The translations under genes and the position numbers were made by a program. This document shows, one piece after another, positions 1-10,617 of a stretch of DNA of 64,000 nucleotides. This stretch comes from an uncultured Actinomycetota bacterium. Lineage in GTDB: Bacteria > Actinomycetota > Actinomycetes > Streptosporangiales > Streptosporangiaceae. The stretch covers positions 4,581 to 68,580 of the forward strand of contig CAVRCV010000012.1 in NCBI GenBank assembly GCA_963719705.1. Direction: 5' to 3'. The notes under the pieces were generated by a model. The model was given only the letters and a program-made list of their open reading frames with translations, was not told the DNA's origin and made no database searches. Within the stretch, counting starts at the first letter, position 1, and each line of letters begins with the position of its first letter.

Positions 1-626
1 TGCGGTTCGCCCGCGCCTACGGCCGCCGGGGCGTGATCCCGCTGACCGGCGACTGGACCGGGCACGGCCGCACCGGCATCGGCTTTTACGACCCGAAGAA
101 CGGCACCTTCCATCTGCGCGCGTGGCCGCAGGGCGGGCGGTACAAGTACGACTTCCGGTACGGGCCGCCCGGCATGATCCCGCTGACCGGCGACTGGACC
201 GGCAACGGCCGGTCCAGCGTTGGCTACTACGACCCGGAGAACGGCACCTTCCACCTGCGCCTGTCGCTGACCTCGTCCCGGACCTACCGGGCTTTCCGGT
301 TCGGGCCGCGGCACATGATCCCGCTGGCCGGGAACTGGGGCCGGGGCCGCCGGGACGGAGTCGGCTACTACAACCCCAGCAGCGGCCGGTTCCACCTGCG
401 CGACTCGCCGAGCCCGGGCCGGGCCAGCGCCGTGTTCCGGTTCGGGCCGCGGCACATGATCCCGCTGGTCGGGAACTGGGGCGGCGGCAGCCGGGACGGC
501 ATCGGCTATTACAACCCGCGCAACGGCTGGTTCCACCTGCGCAACTCCGCGGGCAGGCTCAGCTACGCGTTCCGGTTCGGCCCCCGGCACATGATCCCGC
601 TGGCCGGCGACTGGGCCGGCCGATAA
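1..626 (+). CDS. FG-GAP/VCBS-like repeat protein, C-terminal fragment (5' end outside window)
   Basis: Open in frame from the window edge. Four ~48-aa (144-bp) repeats of FR(F/Y)GP..MIPL(T/A/V)G(D/N)W.G.GR..(I/V)G(F/Y)Y(D/N)P..G.FHLR. Stop TAA at 624-626. Confidence 0.5.
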   Translation, partial: RFARAYGRRGVIPLTGDWTGHGRTGIGFYDPKNGTFHLRAWPQGGRYKYDFRYGPPGMIPLTGDWTGNGRSSVGYYDPENGTFHLRLSLTSSRTYRAFRFGPRHMIPLAGNWGRGRRDGVGYYNPSSGRFHLRDSPSPGRASAVFRFGPRHMIPLVGNWGGGSRDGIGYYNPRNGWFHLRNSAGRLSYAFRFGPRHMIPLAGDWAGR

Positions 627-629
627 GGC

Positions 630-672
630 CTGACCTGGCCGGCGGCCCAGTCGCGCCGGGCCGCCGGCCAGG

Positions 673-676
<4 letters not shown>
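630..676. terminator. Bidirectional terminator-like hairpin between convergent genes
   Basis: Perfect 18-bp inverted repeat CTGACCTGGCCGGCGGCC (630-647) / GGCCGCCGGCCAGGTCAG (659-676) with an 11-nt loop. The right arm overlaps the pobA stop codon. Confidence 0.5.
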
Positions 677-1921
<1,245 letters not shown>

Positions 1922-1990
1922 TCATGCCGTGGCCGCCGCGGGCGGGCAGACTGCTGCCATCAGCCGCTGCCCGAGAGGAGCTGATTCACG

Positions 1991-2929
1991 GTGATCCGTC
2001 ATCGAGTCCTGGCCGCGTCGCTGGCCTGCGTCACAGTCTGCGCGACCGCCGCGGCAACCGTCGCACTGGCCAGCGGGGCGCAGGGCGCTGCCGCGGCACC
2101 CCGCGCCAGGCACGCGGCCGGGCTGCGGGTGCCCCCGCTGTCCGGAGCCGCACTGGCTACCGCGGCCGGGCACTGCGCGGCCTGGGCCGCCAACGCCGGC
2201 TTTGCGGACAACGGCTACCTGGGCGGCTCGCTCACGACCGCGGTGGCGGTGGCGCTGGCCGAGTCCGGCTGCGACCCGTCCGCCTGCTTCGACAACACCA
2301 CGAAGGAGAACTGCACGCCGCCCGGGCCGCCGGCCGACTCGGTGGACCGGGGCGCCTGGCAGCTGAACAGCAAGGTGCCGGGAGCCGCCTCGAATAAGTG
2401 CGCGTTCAACGGCCCCTGCTCGGCTACCGCCGCCTACCGGGTGGAGTCGCAGGACGGCACGTTCTTCGCCGCCTGGGTCAGGTACTCGACCGACGACTAC
2501 GCCGGGTTCCTGCCCGCCGCGCAGTCGGCCGTCAACGCGCTCCGGGCGGGCGCGGTGACCAGCGGGGTGATCGGGTCCTGTCTCGGGTATCCCGGCGACC
2601 GGGCGAACGCGAAGGTGATCCTGGCGAACTGCGGCAGCGCGGCGGCCGACCAGATCTGGCGGGTCAGCGGCGCCGCCATCCGGACCCGCAAGGGCCTGTG
2701 CCTGACCGCGGCATCCCGCCATCCCGGTGCGGTGCTGCTCGGCCGGTGCGGCACCGGCTCGCGCCACCTCCGGCCGACCCAGCGCTGGCTGGCGCACGGT
2801 GACGACTCGCTGTACAGCCCCGGCGCACGGCGCTGCCTGACCGACCCGCGCGGCGCGGACAAGCCGGGCGCGGTGATCGGCCTGACCCGCTGCAACGGAG
2901 CCAGGAATCAGACCTGGTGGCTGCCCTGA
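1991..2929 (+). CDS. Secreted lysozyme-like/lytic-transglycosylase domain protein with C-terminal ricin-type beta-trefoil lectin
   Basis: N-terminal hydrophobic signal (ASLACVTVCATAAATVALASGAQGA). AESGCD...DRGAWQLNSK is a transglycosylase-like motif. The C-terminus has repeated (Q.W)-type lectin motifs (DQIWRV, TQRWLA, NQTWWLP) with paired Cys. Confidence 0.65.
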   Translation: MIRHRVLAASLACVTVCATAAATVALASGAQGAAAAPRARHAAGLRVPPLSGAALATAAGHCAAWAANAGFADNGYLGGSLTTAVAVALAESGCDPSACFDNTTKENCTPPGPPADSVDRGAWQLNSKVPGAASNKCAFNGPCSATAAYRVESQDGTFFAAWVRYSTDDYAGFLPAAQSAVNALRAGAVTSGVIGSCLGYPGDRANAKVILANCGSAAADQIWRVSGAAIRTRKGLCLTAASRHPGAVLLGRCGTGSRHLRPTQRWLAHGDDSLYSPGARRCLTDPRGADKPGAVIGLTRCNGARNQTWWLP

Positions 2930-2981
2930 TCCGGCAGGGGCTGCCGGGCCGGGTGGCGGCGAACGGTCTATTGTCGCGGGT

Positions 2982-4337
2982 ATGAGCCAGAACCCTGCCG
3001 TGGGCGGCCCCGCGCTGGCCCAGGAGCGCCGCCTGGTCACCGAGATCCCCGGACCCGCCTCCCGCGAGCTGCTCGAACGGCGGCAGCGCAGCGTGGCCCG
3101 CGGGATCGGCCATGTGCTGCCGGTCTTCGTGACCGCGGCCGGCGGCGGGGTGGTCATCGATGCCGACGGCAACTCGCTGATCGACTTCGGCTCGGGCATC
3201 GCGGTCACCTCGGTGGGCAACAGCGCCGAGCTGGTGGTGCAGCGGGTCACCGAGCAGGTGGAGCGGTTCACCCATACCTGCTTCATGGTGGCCCCGTACG
3301 AGGGCTACGTCGCGGTCTGCGAGGAGCTGGCCAGGCTGACTCCCGGCGACCACGACAAGCGGTCGGTGCTGCTCAACTCCGGCGCCGAGGCGATCGAGAA
3401 CGCGGTCAAGATCGCCCGGCATGCCACCGGCCGCCAGGCGGTCGTGGTGTTCGACCACGCCTACCACGGCCGGACCAACCTGACCATGGCCATGACCGCC
3501 AAGAACATGCCGTACAAGGACGGCTTCGGGCCGTTCGCCGGCGAGGTCTACCGGGTGCCGATGGCCTACCCGTTCCGCTGGCCGGGCGGCCCGGCCCGGT
3601 GCGAGGCCGAGGCGCTGGACGTGGTCACCAGGCTGATCCGGGCCCAGGTGGGCGAGAAGAACGTGGCCGCGGTGGTGATCGAGCCGATCCAGGGCGAGGG
3701 CGGCTTCGTCGTGCCGCCGGACGGCTTCCTGCCCGGCCTGGCCGCCTTCTGCCGCGAGCACGGGATCGTGTTCGTCGCCGACGAGATCCAGTCCGGGTTC
3801 TGCCGCACCGGCGACTGGTTCGCCTGCGACCACGAGCGGGTGGTGCCCGACCTGATCACCACGGCCAAGGGGATCGCCGGCGGGCTGCCGCTGGCCGGGG
3901 TCACCGGACGGGCAGCGATCATGGACGCGGTGCATCCCGGCGGCCTGGGCGGCACCTTCAGCGGCAACCCGGTGGCGTGCGCGGCGGCGCTCGGCTCGAT
4001 CGACACCATGGGCAAGCAGGACCTGCCGGCCGCCGCCCGCCGGATCGGCGACATCATGCTGCCCCGGCTGCGCCGGATGGCCGAGGCGCACCCGGTCATC
4101 GGCGACGTCCGGGGGCGGGGCGCGATGATCGCGATCGAGCTGGTCAAGCCGGGCACCATCGAGCCGGACGCGGCCGCAACCGCTCAGGTCGCCCGGTCCT
4201 GTCACGCGGCCGGGCTGCTCGTGCTCACCTGCGGGACGTTCAGCAACGTGCTGCGCTTCCTGCCACCGCTGGTCATCGGCGAGGCCCTGCTCGAGGAGGG
4301 CCTGTCGATCCTGGAGGACGCGATCGCCGGGCTGTAA
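2982..4337 (+). CDS. gabT: 4-aminobutyrate aminotransferase (class III PLP aminotransferase)
   Basis: 451-aa intact ORF. The N-terminus RRLVTEIPGPASRELLERRQRSVARG...LIDFGSGIAVTSVGNS...FTHTCFMVAPYEGY is typical of actinobacterial GabT. Also ADEIQSGFCRTG and TTAKGIAGG (PLP Lys region). Confidence 0.85.
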   Translation: MSQNPAVGGPALAQERRLVTEIPGPASRELLERRQRSVARGIGHVLPVFVTAAGGGVVIDADGNSLIDFGSGIAVTSVGNSAELVVQRVTEQVERFTHTCFMVAPYEGYVAVCEELARLTPGDHDKRSVLLNSGAEAIENAVKIARHATGRQAVVVFDHAYHGRTNLTMAMTAKNMPYKDGFGPFAGEVYRVPMAYPFRWPGGPARCEAEALDVVTRLIRAQVGEKNVAAVVIEPIQGEGGFVVPPDGFLPGLAAFCREHGIVFVADEIQSGFCRTGDWFACDHERVVPDLITTAKGIAGGLPLAGVTGRAAIMDAVHPGGLGGTFSGNPVACAAALGSIDTMGKQDLPAAARRIGDIMLPRLRRMAEAHPVIGDVRGRGAMIAIELVKPGTIEPDAAATAQVARSCHAAGLLVLTCGTFSNVLRFLPPLVIGEALLEEGLSILEDAIAGL

Positions 4338-4527
4338 CCCCGCGGTCCCGGCCGTATCCCCGGCCGCCGGTCACGTCAGCATGCCCGGAACCCCTATCTG
4401 ACCGGCGCTTTCCGGAATAAAATGGCCCAGACAATTTTGCCAGGATAGGCATGCGCGCGGCCGGGGCTGCCCGCGCTGCGGAGGCAGCGGGGAGCAGGGG
4501 CGGGCCGCCAGGTTCTGGTGAGGGGGG

Positions 4528-5340
4528 ATGTACGTGGGCAACAGGGCCGCGTCGCCAGTGGCCAGCGTGGACCGCGCGCTGCGAATCATGGAGGTGGTCG
4601 GCGGCTCGTCCGGCGGCATCTCGCTCGATCAGCTGGCCGGGCAGCTCGGCATCCCGAAGAGCTCGCTGCACCGGATCCTCGCGGCGCTGAAGTACCGCAG
4701 GTTCGTCACGCAGCCCGAGCCGGGCGGCTCCTACTTCCTCGGCAGTGAGCTGCTGGCCACCGCGTTCCGCTTCTACGACATGCTGGACCTGCCGACGCTG
4801 ATCCACCCGCTGCTCGCCCGGCTGGCCGACGAGCTCGGCGAGACCGTGCACCTGGCCGTGCTGGCCGGCGGCTACGTGGTCTACCAGGACCTGATCTACT
4901 CGCCGCGGTCGATCAGATCGCACGAGGTGATCGGCGAGCGCGACCTGGCGCACGCCACGGCGGCCGGCAAGGCGCTGCTGGCCTGGACCTACCCCACCGA
5001 TGAGGCGGTGCGGTCCTGGGCGGGGCAGTCCTGGGCAGGGCAGACCCAGGCGGGATCGCGGCAGCTGCTGCCGATGGTGACCGAGCGGACCATCAGCTCG
5101 GTGCCTGCCCTGGCCAGCTACCTGGCCCTGGTGCGGGCCACGGGGTATGCCTGCGACCTGGAGGAGAACGAGATGGCCGTGCAGTGCGTGGCCGCCCCGG
5201 TCTTCCTCGGCCGGCTGATCCCGGCCGCGGCGGTCGGGGTCAGCCTGATCGCGGCGGGCGCCGACACCGGCCGGCTGGCCGAGATCGGCGAGTTCCTGGT
5301 CGCTGCGACCCGGCACTGGTCAGCCACGTCGCGGCCATAA
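4528..5340 (+). CDS. IclR family transcriptional regulator
   Basis: VDRALRIMEVV..ISLDQLAGQLGIPKSSLHRILAALKYRRFV winged-HTH followed by an IclR effector domain (HLAVL.G..VVY). Confidence 0.8.
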   Translation: MYVGNRAASPVASVDRALRIMEVVGGSSGGISLDQLAGQLGIPKSSLHRILAALKYRRFVTQPEPGGSYFLGSELLATAFRFYDMLDLPTLIHPLLARLADELGETVHLAVLAGGYVVYQDLIYSPRSIRSHEVIGERDLAHATAAGKALLAWTYPTDEAVRSWAGQSWAGQTQAGSRQLLPMVTERTISSVPALASYLALVRATGYACDLEENEMAVQCVAAPVFLGRLIPAAAVGVSLIAAGADTGRLAEIGEFLVAATRHWSATSRP

Positions 5341-5374
5341 CGGCCATCGGCGCCGACGGCCGACTAATGCGTCA

Positions 5375-6724
5375 TCAGCCCTGGTAGAAGCGGTCGATCG
5401 CGGAGAAGGCCTCGTCCAGGATGGCCAGGCCCTCCTTGGTCTCGGACTCCGAGATCGTGCACGGCGGCACCGCGTGCAGCCGGTTGAAGTTGATGAACGG
5501 CATCAGGCCGCGGGCCCGGCACTGTGCCATCAGCTCGTCCATGGCCGCCGATGAGCCGCCGTACGGCGCCAGCATGGCCCTGGTCGCCCGGTCCGACACC
5601 AGGTCGAGCGCCCAGAACACGCCGGCTCCGCGCACCTCGCCGATCACCGGGTGCCTGGCGGCCAGCTCGCGCAGGCCGGGGCCGAGCACCTCGGCGCCGA
5701 TCCGGGCCGCGTTCTGGACTATCTGCTCGTCCTTCATCGCGTCGATGGTGGCCACGATCGAGGCGCAGGCCAGCGGGTGGCCCGAGTAAGTCAGCCCGCC
5801 GGGGTACACCCGCTCGTCGAAGGTGGCCGCGATCTCGTCCGAGATGATCACCCCGCCGGCCGGCACGTAGCCGGAGTTCGAGCCCTTGGCGAACGTGATC
5901 AGGTCGGGCACCGCGCCGTGCGGCTCGAACGCGAACCAGCTGCCGGCCCGGCCGAAGCCGCACATGATCTCGTCGGCGATCCAGATGATGCCGTACCGGT
6001 CGCAGAGCTCGCGCACCCCGGCCAGGTAGCCGGGCGGCGGCATCAGCACCCCGGCGGTGCCGACGATGGTCTCCAGCAGCACCGCGGCGATCGTGCCGGG
6101 GCCCTCCAGCTGGATTACCTGCTCCAGGTGCGCCAGCGCCCGCTCGCACTCCTGCGCCTCCGTGCTCGCCCAGAACGCGGACCGGTACAGGTACGGGCCG
6201 AAGAACCGGACGTGCCCGACCGCGAACTCGTTCGGCCACCGCCGCGGGTCCCCGGTCGCGTTGATCGCCGCCCCGGTGTTGCCGTGGTAGGAGCGGTAGA
6301 AGCTGAGCACCTTGGTCCGGCCGGTGTGCAGCCGTGCCATCCGGATCGCGTTCTCGTTCGCGTCCGCGCCGCCGTTCGTGAAAAAGACTTTCTCCATCCC
6401 GTCCGGGGCCAGCGCGGCCAGCCTGGTAGCGGCCTCGCCGCGCTGGTCGTTGGCGTGCTGTGGCGCGATCGTCGCCAGCCGGGCCGCCTGCGCGGCGATC
6501 GCCGCGGTCACCCTGGGGTGCTGGTGCCCGATGTTGGTGTTCACCAGCTGGCTGGAGAAGTCCAGGTAGCGCTTGCCGTCGTAGTCCCAGAACCAGCAGC
6601 CCTCGGCGGCCGCGATCGGCAGCGGCTTCAGCTTCTGCTGCGCCGACCAGGAATGGAACACATGCGCCCGGTCCATCGCGAAGACCTCGGCGCCGCGGGC
6701 CGGGTCTGCTGCGTGCTCGGTCAT
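5375..6724 (-). CDS. Class III aminotransferase (omega-amino acid:pyruvate / beta-alanine-pyruvate type)
   Basis: Start ATG 6722-6724 is preceded by AGGAGG at 6-nt spacing (MTEHAADPARG...). Motifs: HVFHSWSAQ, YLDFSSQLVNTNIGHQHP, ADEIMCGFGRAGSWF, FAKGSNSGYVP. The 797-aa ORF in the track is an upstream read-through artefact. Confidence 0.8.
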   Translation of the reverse strand: MTEHAADPARGAEVFAMDRAHVFHSWSAQQKLKPLPIAAAEGCWFWDYDGKRYLDFSSQLVNTNIGHQHPRVTAAIAAQAARLATIAPQHANDQRGEAATRLAALAPDGMEKVFFTNGGADANENAIRMARLHTGRTKVLSFYRSYHGNTGAAINATGDPRRWPNEFAVGHVRFFGPYLYRSAFWASTEAQECERALAHLEQVIQLEGPGTIAAVLLETIVGTAGVLMPPPGYLAGVRELCDRYGIIWIADEIMCGFGRAGSWFAFEPHGAVPDLITFAKGSNSGYVPAGGVIISDEIAATFDERVYPGGLTYSGHPLACASIVATIDAMKDEQIVQNAARIGAEVLGPGLRELAARHPVIGEVRGAGVFWALDLVSDRATRAMLAPYGGSSAAMDELMAQCRARGLMPFINFNRLHAVPPCTISESETKEGLAILDEAFSAIDRFYQG

Positions 6725-6741
6725 GGCTTGCCTCCTGCTCG

Positions 6742-8238
6742 CTACTGGTTGACCGGGAAACCGAGGCTGACACCGCCATGGCTGGGATCCAGCCAGCGCG
6801 AGGTGACCGCCTTGCCGCGGGTGTAGAAGTGCACGCCCTCGGTACCGTGCACGTGCGTGTCGCCGAACAGCGAGGCCTTCCAGCCGCCAAAGGAGTAGTA
6901 GGCCATCGGGACCGGGATCGGCACGTTGACGCCCACCATCCCGACCTCGACCTCGCGGGTGAACCGCCGGGCCGCTCCCCCGTCGTTGGTGAAGATCGCG
7001 GTGCCGTTGCCGTACGGGCTGCCGCTCACCACCGACAGCGCCTCGTCGTAGCTGTCTGCCCGGACCACGCACAGCACCGGCCCGAAGATCTCGTCGGCGT
7101 AGCAGCGCATCGCCGGGGTGACCCGGTCCAGCACGCTGGGGCCGAGCCAGAACCCGTCCGGCGAGCCGCCGGTGACCGGGTGCCCGCGGCCGTCCACCGC
7201 GAGCACCGCGCCCTCGGCAACACCGGAGTCCAGGTAGGACGCGACCTTGTCCCGGTGCGCGCGGGTGACCAGCGGCCCCATCTCCGCCGCCTCGTCGTCG
7301 CCGGGCCCGACCCGCAGCCTGGCCACCCGGTCGGCGATCCGGCTGACCAGATCGTCGCCCGCCTGGCCCACCGCCACCACGACCGAGATCGCCATGCACC
7401 GCTCCCCCGCCGAGCCGAACCCGGCCGATACCGCCGCGTCGGCGGCCAGGTCGAGGTCGGCGTCGGGCAGCACCACCATGTGGTTCTTCGCTCCGCCCAG
7501 GGCCTGCACCCGCTTTCCGGCCGCGGTGCCGGACTCCCATACGTAACGGGCCACCGGGGTGGATCCGACGAAGCTGACCGCGCGCACGTCCGGGTGCGCC
7601 AGCAGGGCGTCGACCGCCTCCTTCGCCCCGTGCACCACGTTGAACACCCCGTCCGGCAGCCCCGCCTCGGCCAGCAGGCCGGCCAGCAGCACCGAGGCGG
7701 ACGGGTCCTTCTCCGACGGCTTGAGCACGAACGTGTTGCCGCAGGCAATCGCGATCGGGAACATCCACATCGGCACCATGGCCGGGAAGTTGAACGGGGT
7801 GATGCCGGCCACCACGCCGAGCGGCTGGCGGATCGAGTAGGCGTCCACCCCGGTGGAGACGTTCTCCGAGTACCCGCCCTTGATCAGGTGCGGAATGCCG
7901 CAGGCGAACTCGACTACCTCAAGCCCGCGGGCCAGCTCGCCCGCCGCGTCCGCGGCCACCTTGCCGTGCTCGGCGCTGATCAGCGCGGCCAGCTCGGCCT
8001 GGTGGCTGCGGAGCAGCTCGCGGAACGCGAACAGGACGTTCACCCGGCGGGCCAGTGAGGTATCCCGCCAGGCCCCGAACGCGGCAGCGGCGGCCTGCAC
8101 GGCCAGGTCCACCTCCGCCGCGGTGGCAAAGTCCACCGAGCCGGTGACCTGCCCGGTGGCCGGGTTGTAGAGGTCGCCGCGCCGGGCCGCGTCGCCGGCC
8201 CACGGCTTGCCGCCGATCCAGTGCGTACAGTGCTTCAT
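6742..8238 (-). CDS. mmsA: CoA-acylating methylmalonate/malonate-semialdehyde dehydrogenase
   Basis: 498-aa intact ORF. MKHCTHWIGGKPW..., FNFPAMVPMWMFPIAIACGNTFVLKPSEKDP and GERCMAIS (catalytic Cys) follow MmsA/IolA-type aldehyde dehydrogenase order. Confidence 0.85.
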   Translation of the reverse strand: MKHCTHWIGGKPWAGDAARRGDLYNPATGQVTGSVDFATAAEVDLAVQAAAAAFGAWRDTSLARRVNVLFAFRELLRSHQAELAALISAEHGKVAADAAGELARGLEVVEFACGIPHLIKGGYSENVSTGVDAYSIRQPLGVVAGITPFNFPAMVPMWMFPIAIACGNTFVLKPSEKDPSASVLLAGLLAEAGLPDGVFNVVHGAKEAVDALLAHPDVRAVSFVGSTPVARYVWESGTAAGKRVQALGGAKNHMVVLPDADLDLAADAAVSAGFGSAGERCMAISVVVAVGQAGDDLVSRIADRVARLRVGPGDDEAAEMGPLVTRAHRDKVASYLDSGVAEGAVLAVDGRGHPVTGGSPDGFWLGPSVLDRVTPAMRCYADEIFGPVLCVVRADSYDEALSVVSGSPYGNGTAIFTNDGGAARRFTREVEVGMVGVNVPIPVPMAYYSFGGWKASLFGDTHVHGTEGVHFYTRGKAVTSRWLDPSHGGVSLGFPVNQ

Positions 8239-8398
8239 CCGCCCTCCTCTGCCTGCCCCGAGCTTATCCGGGGCCGCCAGCCCGGCCCGTTCCAGCAGGC
8301 CAGGATGCCCGCGAGCGGAGGCGCGAGCCGCCAGCGCCTGAATCAGCCGGTAGCACGGTGCAGGGCAGCACCGGCTAGCGTCCCGCTAACATCGGCGT

Positions 8399-8890
8399 AT
8401 GGCGCACACGCCCGGTGGTTCCGGCGGACGCGGTCCGCATCCGCCGCTGCTGCTGGATCAGGTCTCCCGGCAGATCATCGAGCAGCTCCAGCAGGACGGG
8501 CGCCGGTCGTACGCGGCGATCGGGAAGGCGGTCGGGCTGTCCGAGGCCGCGGTGCGGCAGCGGGTGCAGCGGCTGACCGAGAGCGGCGCCATGCAGATCG
8601 TGGCGGTCACCGACCCGCTGACGCTCGGCTTCCGGCGGCAGGCCATGATCGGCATCCGGTGCGGCGGCGACCTGGAGCGGGTGGCCGGTGACCTCGCGGC
8701 CATGACCGAGATCGACTACGTCGTGGTCACGGCCGGCTCGTTCGACCTGCTGATCGAGGTGGTCTGCGCGGACGACGACGACCTGCTGGAAGTACTCGGC
8801 CGGGTGCGCGCGATCCCGAGCGTGACCAGCACGGAGACCTTCGTTTACCTGAAGCTGCGCAAGCAGACCTACAGCTGGGGCACGCGGTAA
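8399..8890 (+). CDS. Lrp/AsnC family transcriptional regulator
   Basis: LDQVSRQIIEQLQQDGRRSYAAIGKAVGLSEAAVRQRVQRL HTH plus a RAM/AsnC_trans_reg C-terminal domain. Divergent from mmsA. Confidence 0.85.
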   Translation: MAHTPGGSGGRGPHPPLLLDQVSRQIIEQLQQDGRRSYAAIGKAVGLSEAAVRQRVQRLTESGAMQIVAVTDPLTLGFRRQAMIGIRCGGDLERVAGDLAAMTEIDYVVVTAGSFDLLIEVVCADDDDLLEVLGRVRAIPSVTSTETFVYLKLRKQTYSWGTR

Positions 8891-9001
8891 CCGCGGCAGC
8901 CGCCGCGCCGGGTGCTGTGCCGGGTGCTGCGGATCTAGCAGTGTGACTCCCGTCACGCAACTGAATCAGTTCCTCAAGGCAGGATGTGCTACGATATCCG
9001 T

Positions 9002-9030
9002 TGAATCCAGAGACCGCTGAATCCAGAGAC
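9002..9030 (+). promoter_or_regulatory. Direct 13-bp repeat pair in AT-rich leader (candidate regulator binding site)
   Basis: TGAATCCAGAGAC at 9002-9014 and 9018-9030, 3-bp spacer. A related CTGAATCAG lies at 8961. The site is 30 nt upstream of the aminotransferase start and directly downstream of the Lrp/AsnC gene. Confidence 0.3.
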
Positions 9031-9060
9031 TTAGCACGCAGACTTACAGCTGGGGGCGAG

Positions 9061-10461
9061 ATGACCACCTCACCTGACCGCGCCGACGACCAGGCCAGGG
9101 GCGCGGCCTGGCAGCAGTCCGCCAAGCGGCACATGTGGCTGCACTTCAGCCGGATGTCGGCTTACGCCGACGCTGACATGCCGCTGATCGTGCGCGGCTC
9201 CGGCGAGTACGTCTACGACGAGCACGGCCGGCGTTACCTGGATGGCCTGTCCGGGCTGTTCGTCAACCAGATCGGGCACGGCCGCCGGGAGGTTGCCGAG
9301 GCCGCCGCGCGGCAGGCGAGCGAGCTGGCCTACTTCCCGCTCTGGTCGTACGCGCACCCGCGGGCGATCGAGCTGGCCGAGCGGCTGGCCGGGCTGGCGC
9401 CGGGCGCCCTGAACCGGGTGTTCTTCACCACCAGCGGCTCGGAGGCGGTCGAGTCGGCCTGGAAGCTGGCCAAGCAGTACTTCAGGAAGACCGGCCAGCC
9501 TGGCCGGTACAAGGTGATCAGCCGCGAGATCGCCTACCACGGCACATCCCTGGGCGCGCTGGCGATCACCGGGCTGCCCGGCCTGAAGGAGCCGTTCGAG
9601 CCGCTGCCGGCCGGCGGGGTCCGGGTGCCGAACACCAACTTCTACCGGGCGCCGGATTTCGTGGCGGCCGACGAGGCCGAGTTCGGCCGGTGGGCGGCGG
9701 ACGAGATCGACCGCGCGATCGTGCGCGAGGGACCGGAGACGGTCGCCGCGGTGTTCCTGGAGCCGGTGCAGAACTCCGGCGGCTGCTTCCCGCCCCCGCC
9801 CGGCTACTTCGAGCGGGTCAGGCAGGTCTGCGACCGGCACGGGGTGCTGCTGGTGTCGGACGAGGTGATCTGCGCGTTCGGCCGGCTCGGCCACTACTTC
9901 GGCGCCGAGCGCTACCGCTACCAGCCAGACATCATCACCTTCGCCAAGGGCGTGACGTCCGGCTACGCCCCGCTGGGCGGGATGCTGGTCGCGGACGAGC
10001 TGATGGAGCCGTTCAGCCAGGGCGAGTCCAGCTTCACCCACGGCGTGACCTTTGCCGGGCACCCGGTCTCCTGCGCGGTAGCGCTGGCCAACCTGGACGT
10101 GTTCGAGAAGGACGACCTGCTCGGCCATGTGCGGGCGAACGAGGGCGCGTTCCGGGCCACCCTGGAGCGGCTGTCCGACCTGCCGATCGTCGGTGACGTG
10201 CGGGGGGACGGCTACTTCTACGGGATCGAGATGGTGAAGGACAAGGCCACGAAGCAGACCTTCTCCGACGAGGAGTCCGAGCGGCTGCTGCGCGGCTTCC
10301 TGTCCGGTGCCCTGTTCCAGGCCGGCCTGGTGTGCCGTGCGGACGACCGCGGCGACCCGGTCATCCAGCTCTCCCCGCCGCTGACCTGCACCCAGCAGCA
10401 CTTCGACGAGATGGAGCAGATCCTGCGGGACGTGCTGAGCCGGGCCTGGGCCAGGCTCTAG
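9061..10461 (+). CDS. Class III aminotransferase (putrescine/omega-amine type)
   Basis: ATG 9061 (MTTSPDRAD...). Motifs: HMWLHFSRM, YLDGLSGLFVNQIGHGR, SDEVICAFGRLGHYF, FAKGVTSGYAPLG. Intact. Confidence 0.8.
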   Translation: MTTSPDRADDQARGAAWQQSAKRHMWLHFSRMSAYADADMPLIVRGSGEYVYDEHGRRYLDGLSGLFVNQIGHGRREVAEAAARQASELAYFPLWSYAHPRAIELAERLAGLAPGALNRVFFTTSGSEAVESAWKLAKQYFRKTGQPGRYKVISREIAYHGTSLGALAITGLPGLKEPFEPLPAGGVRVPNTNFYRAPDFVAADEAEFGRWAADEIDRAIVREGPETVAAVFLEPVQNSGGCFPPPPGYFERVRQVCDRHGVLLVSDEVICAFGRLGHYFGAERYRYQPDIITFAKGVTSGYAPLGGMLVADELMEPFSQGESSFTHGVTFAGHPVSCAVALANLDVFEKDDLLGHVRANEGAFRATLERLSDLPIVGDVRGDGYFYGIEMVKDKATKQTFSDEESERLLRGFLSGALFQAGLVCRADDRGDPVIQLSPPLTCTQQHFDEMEQILRDVLSRAWARL

Positions 10462-10617
10462 CGTCCGCCGGCCCGGCCACCCGGCCGGCATCCCCCTGGT
10501 CGGTTCCCTGGCCCGTTCCCTGGTCTGGCCGCCCCGCCCCTGGCCGCAACCGGGTGTTCCGGTGACAATGTGCCGGGGGCGCCAGCCGGCGCCCGCTGGA
10601 ACCGGCCGGGAGGGCAT

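Noticed and set aside
5375-7768. 797-aa ORF suggesting an aminotransferase with a huge N-terminal extension.
   Set aside because: The extension runs out of frame through mmsA and is low complexity. A clean ATG at 6724 with AGGAGG gives a normal 449-aa class-III aminotransferase.
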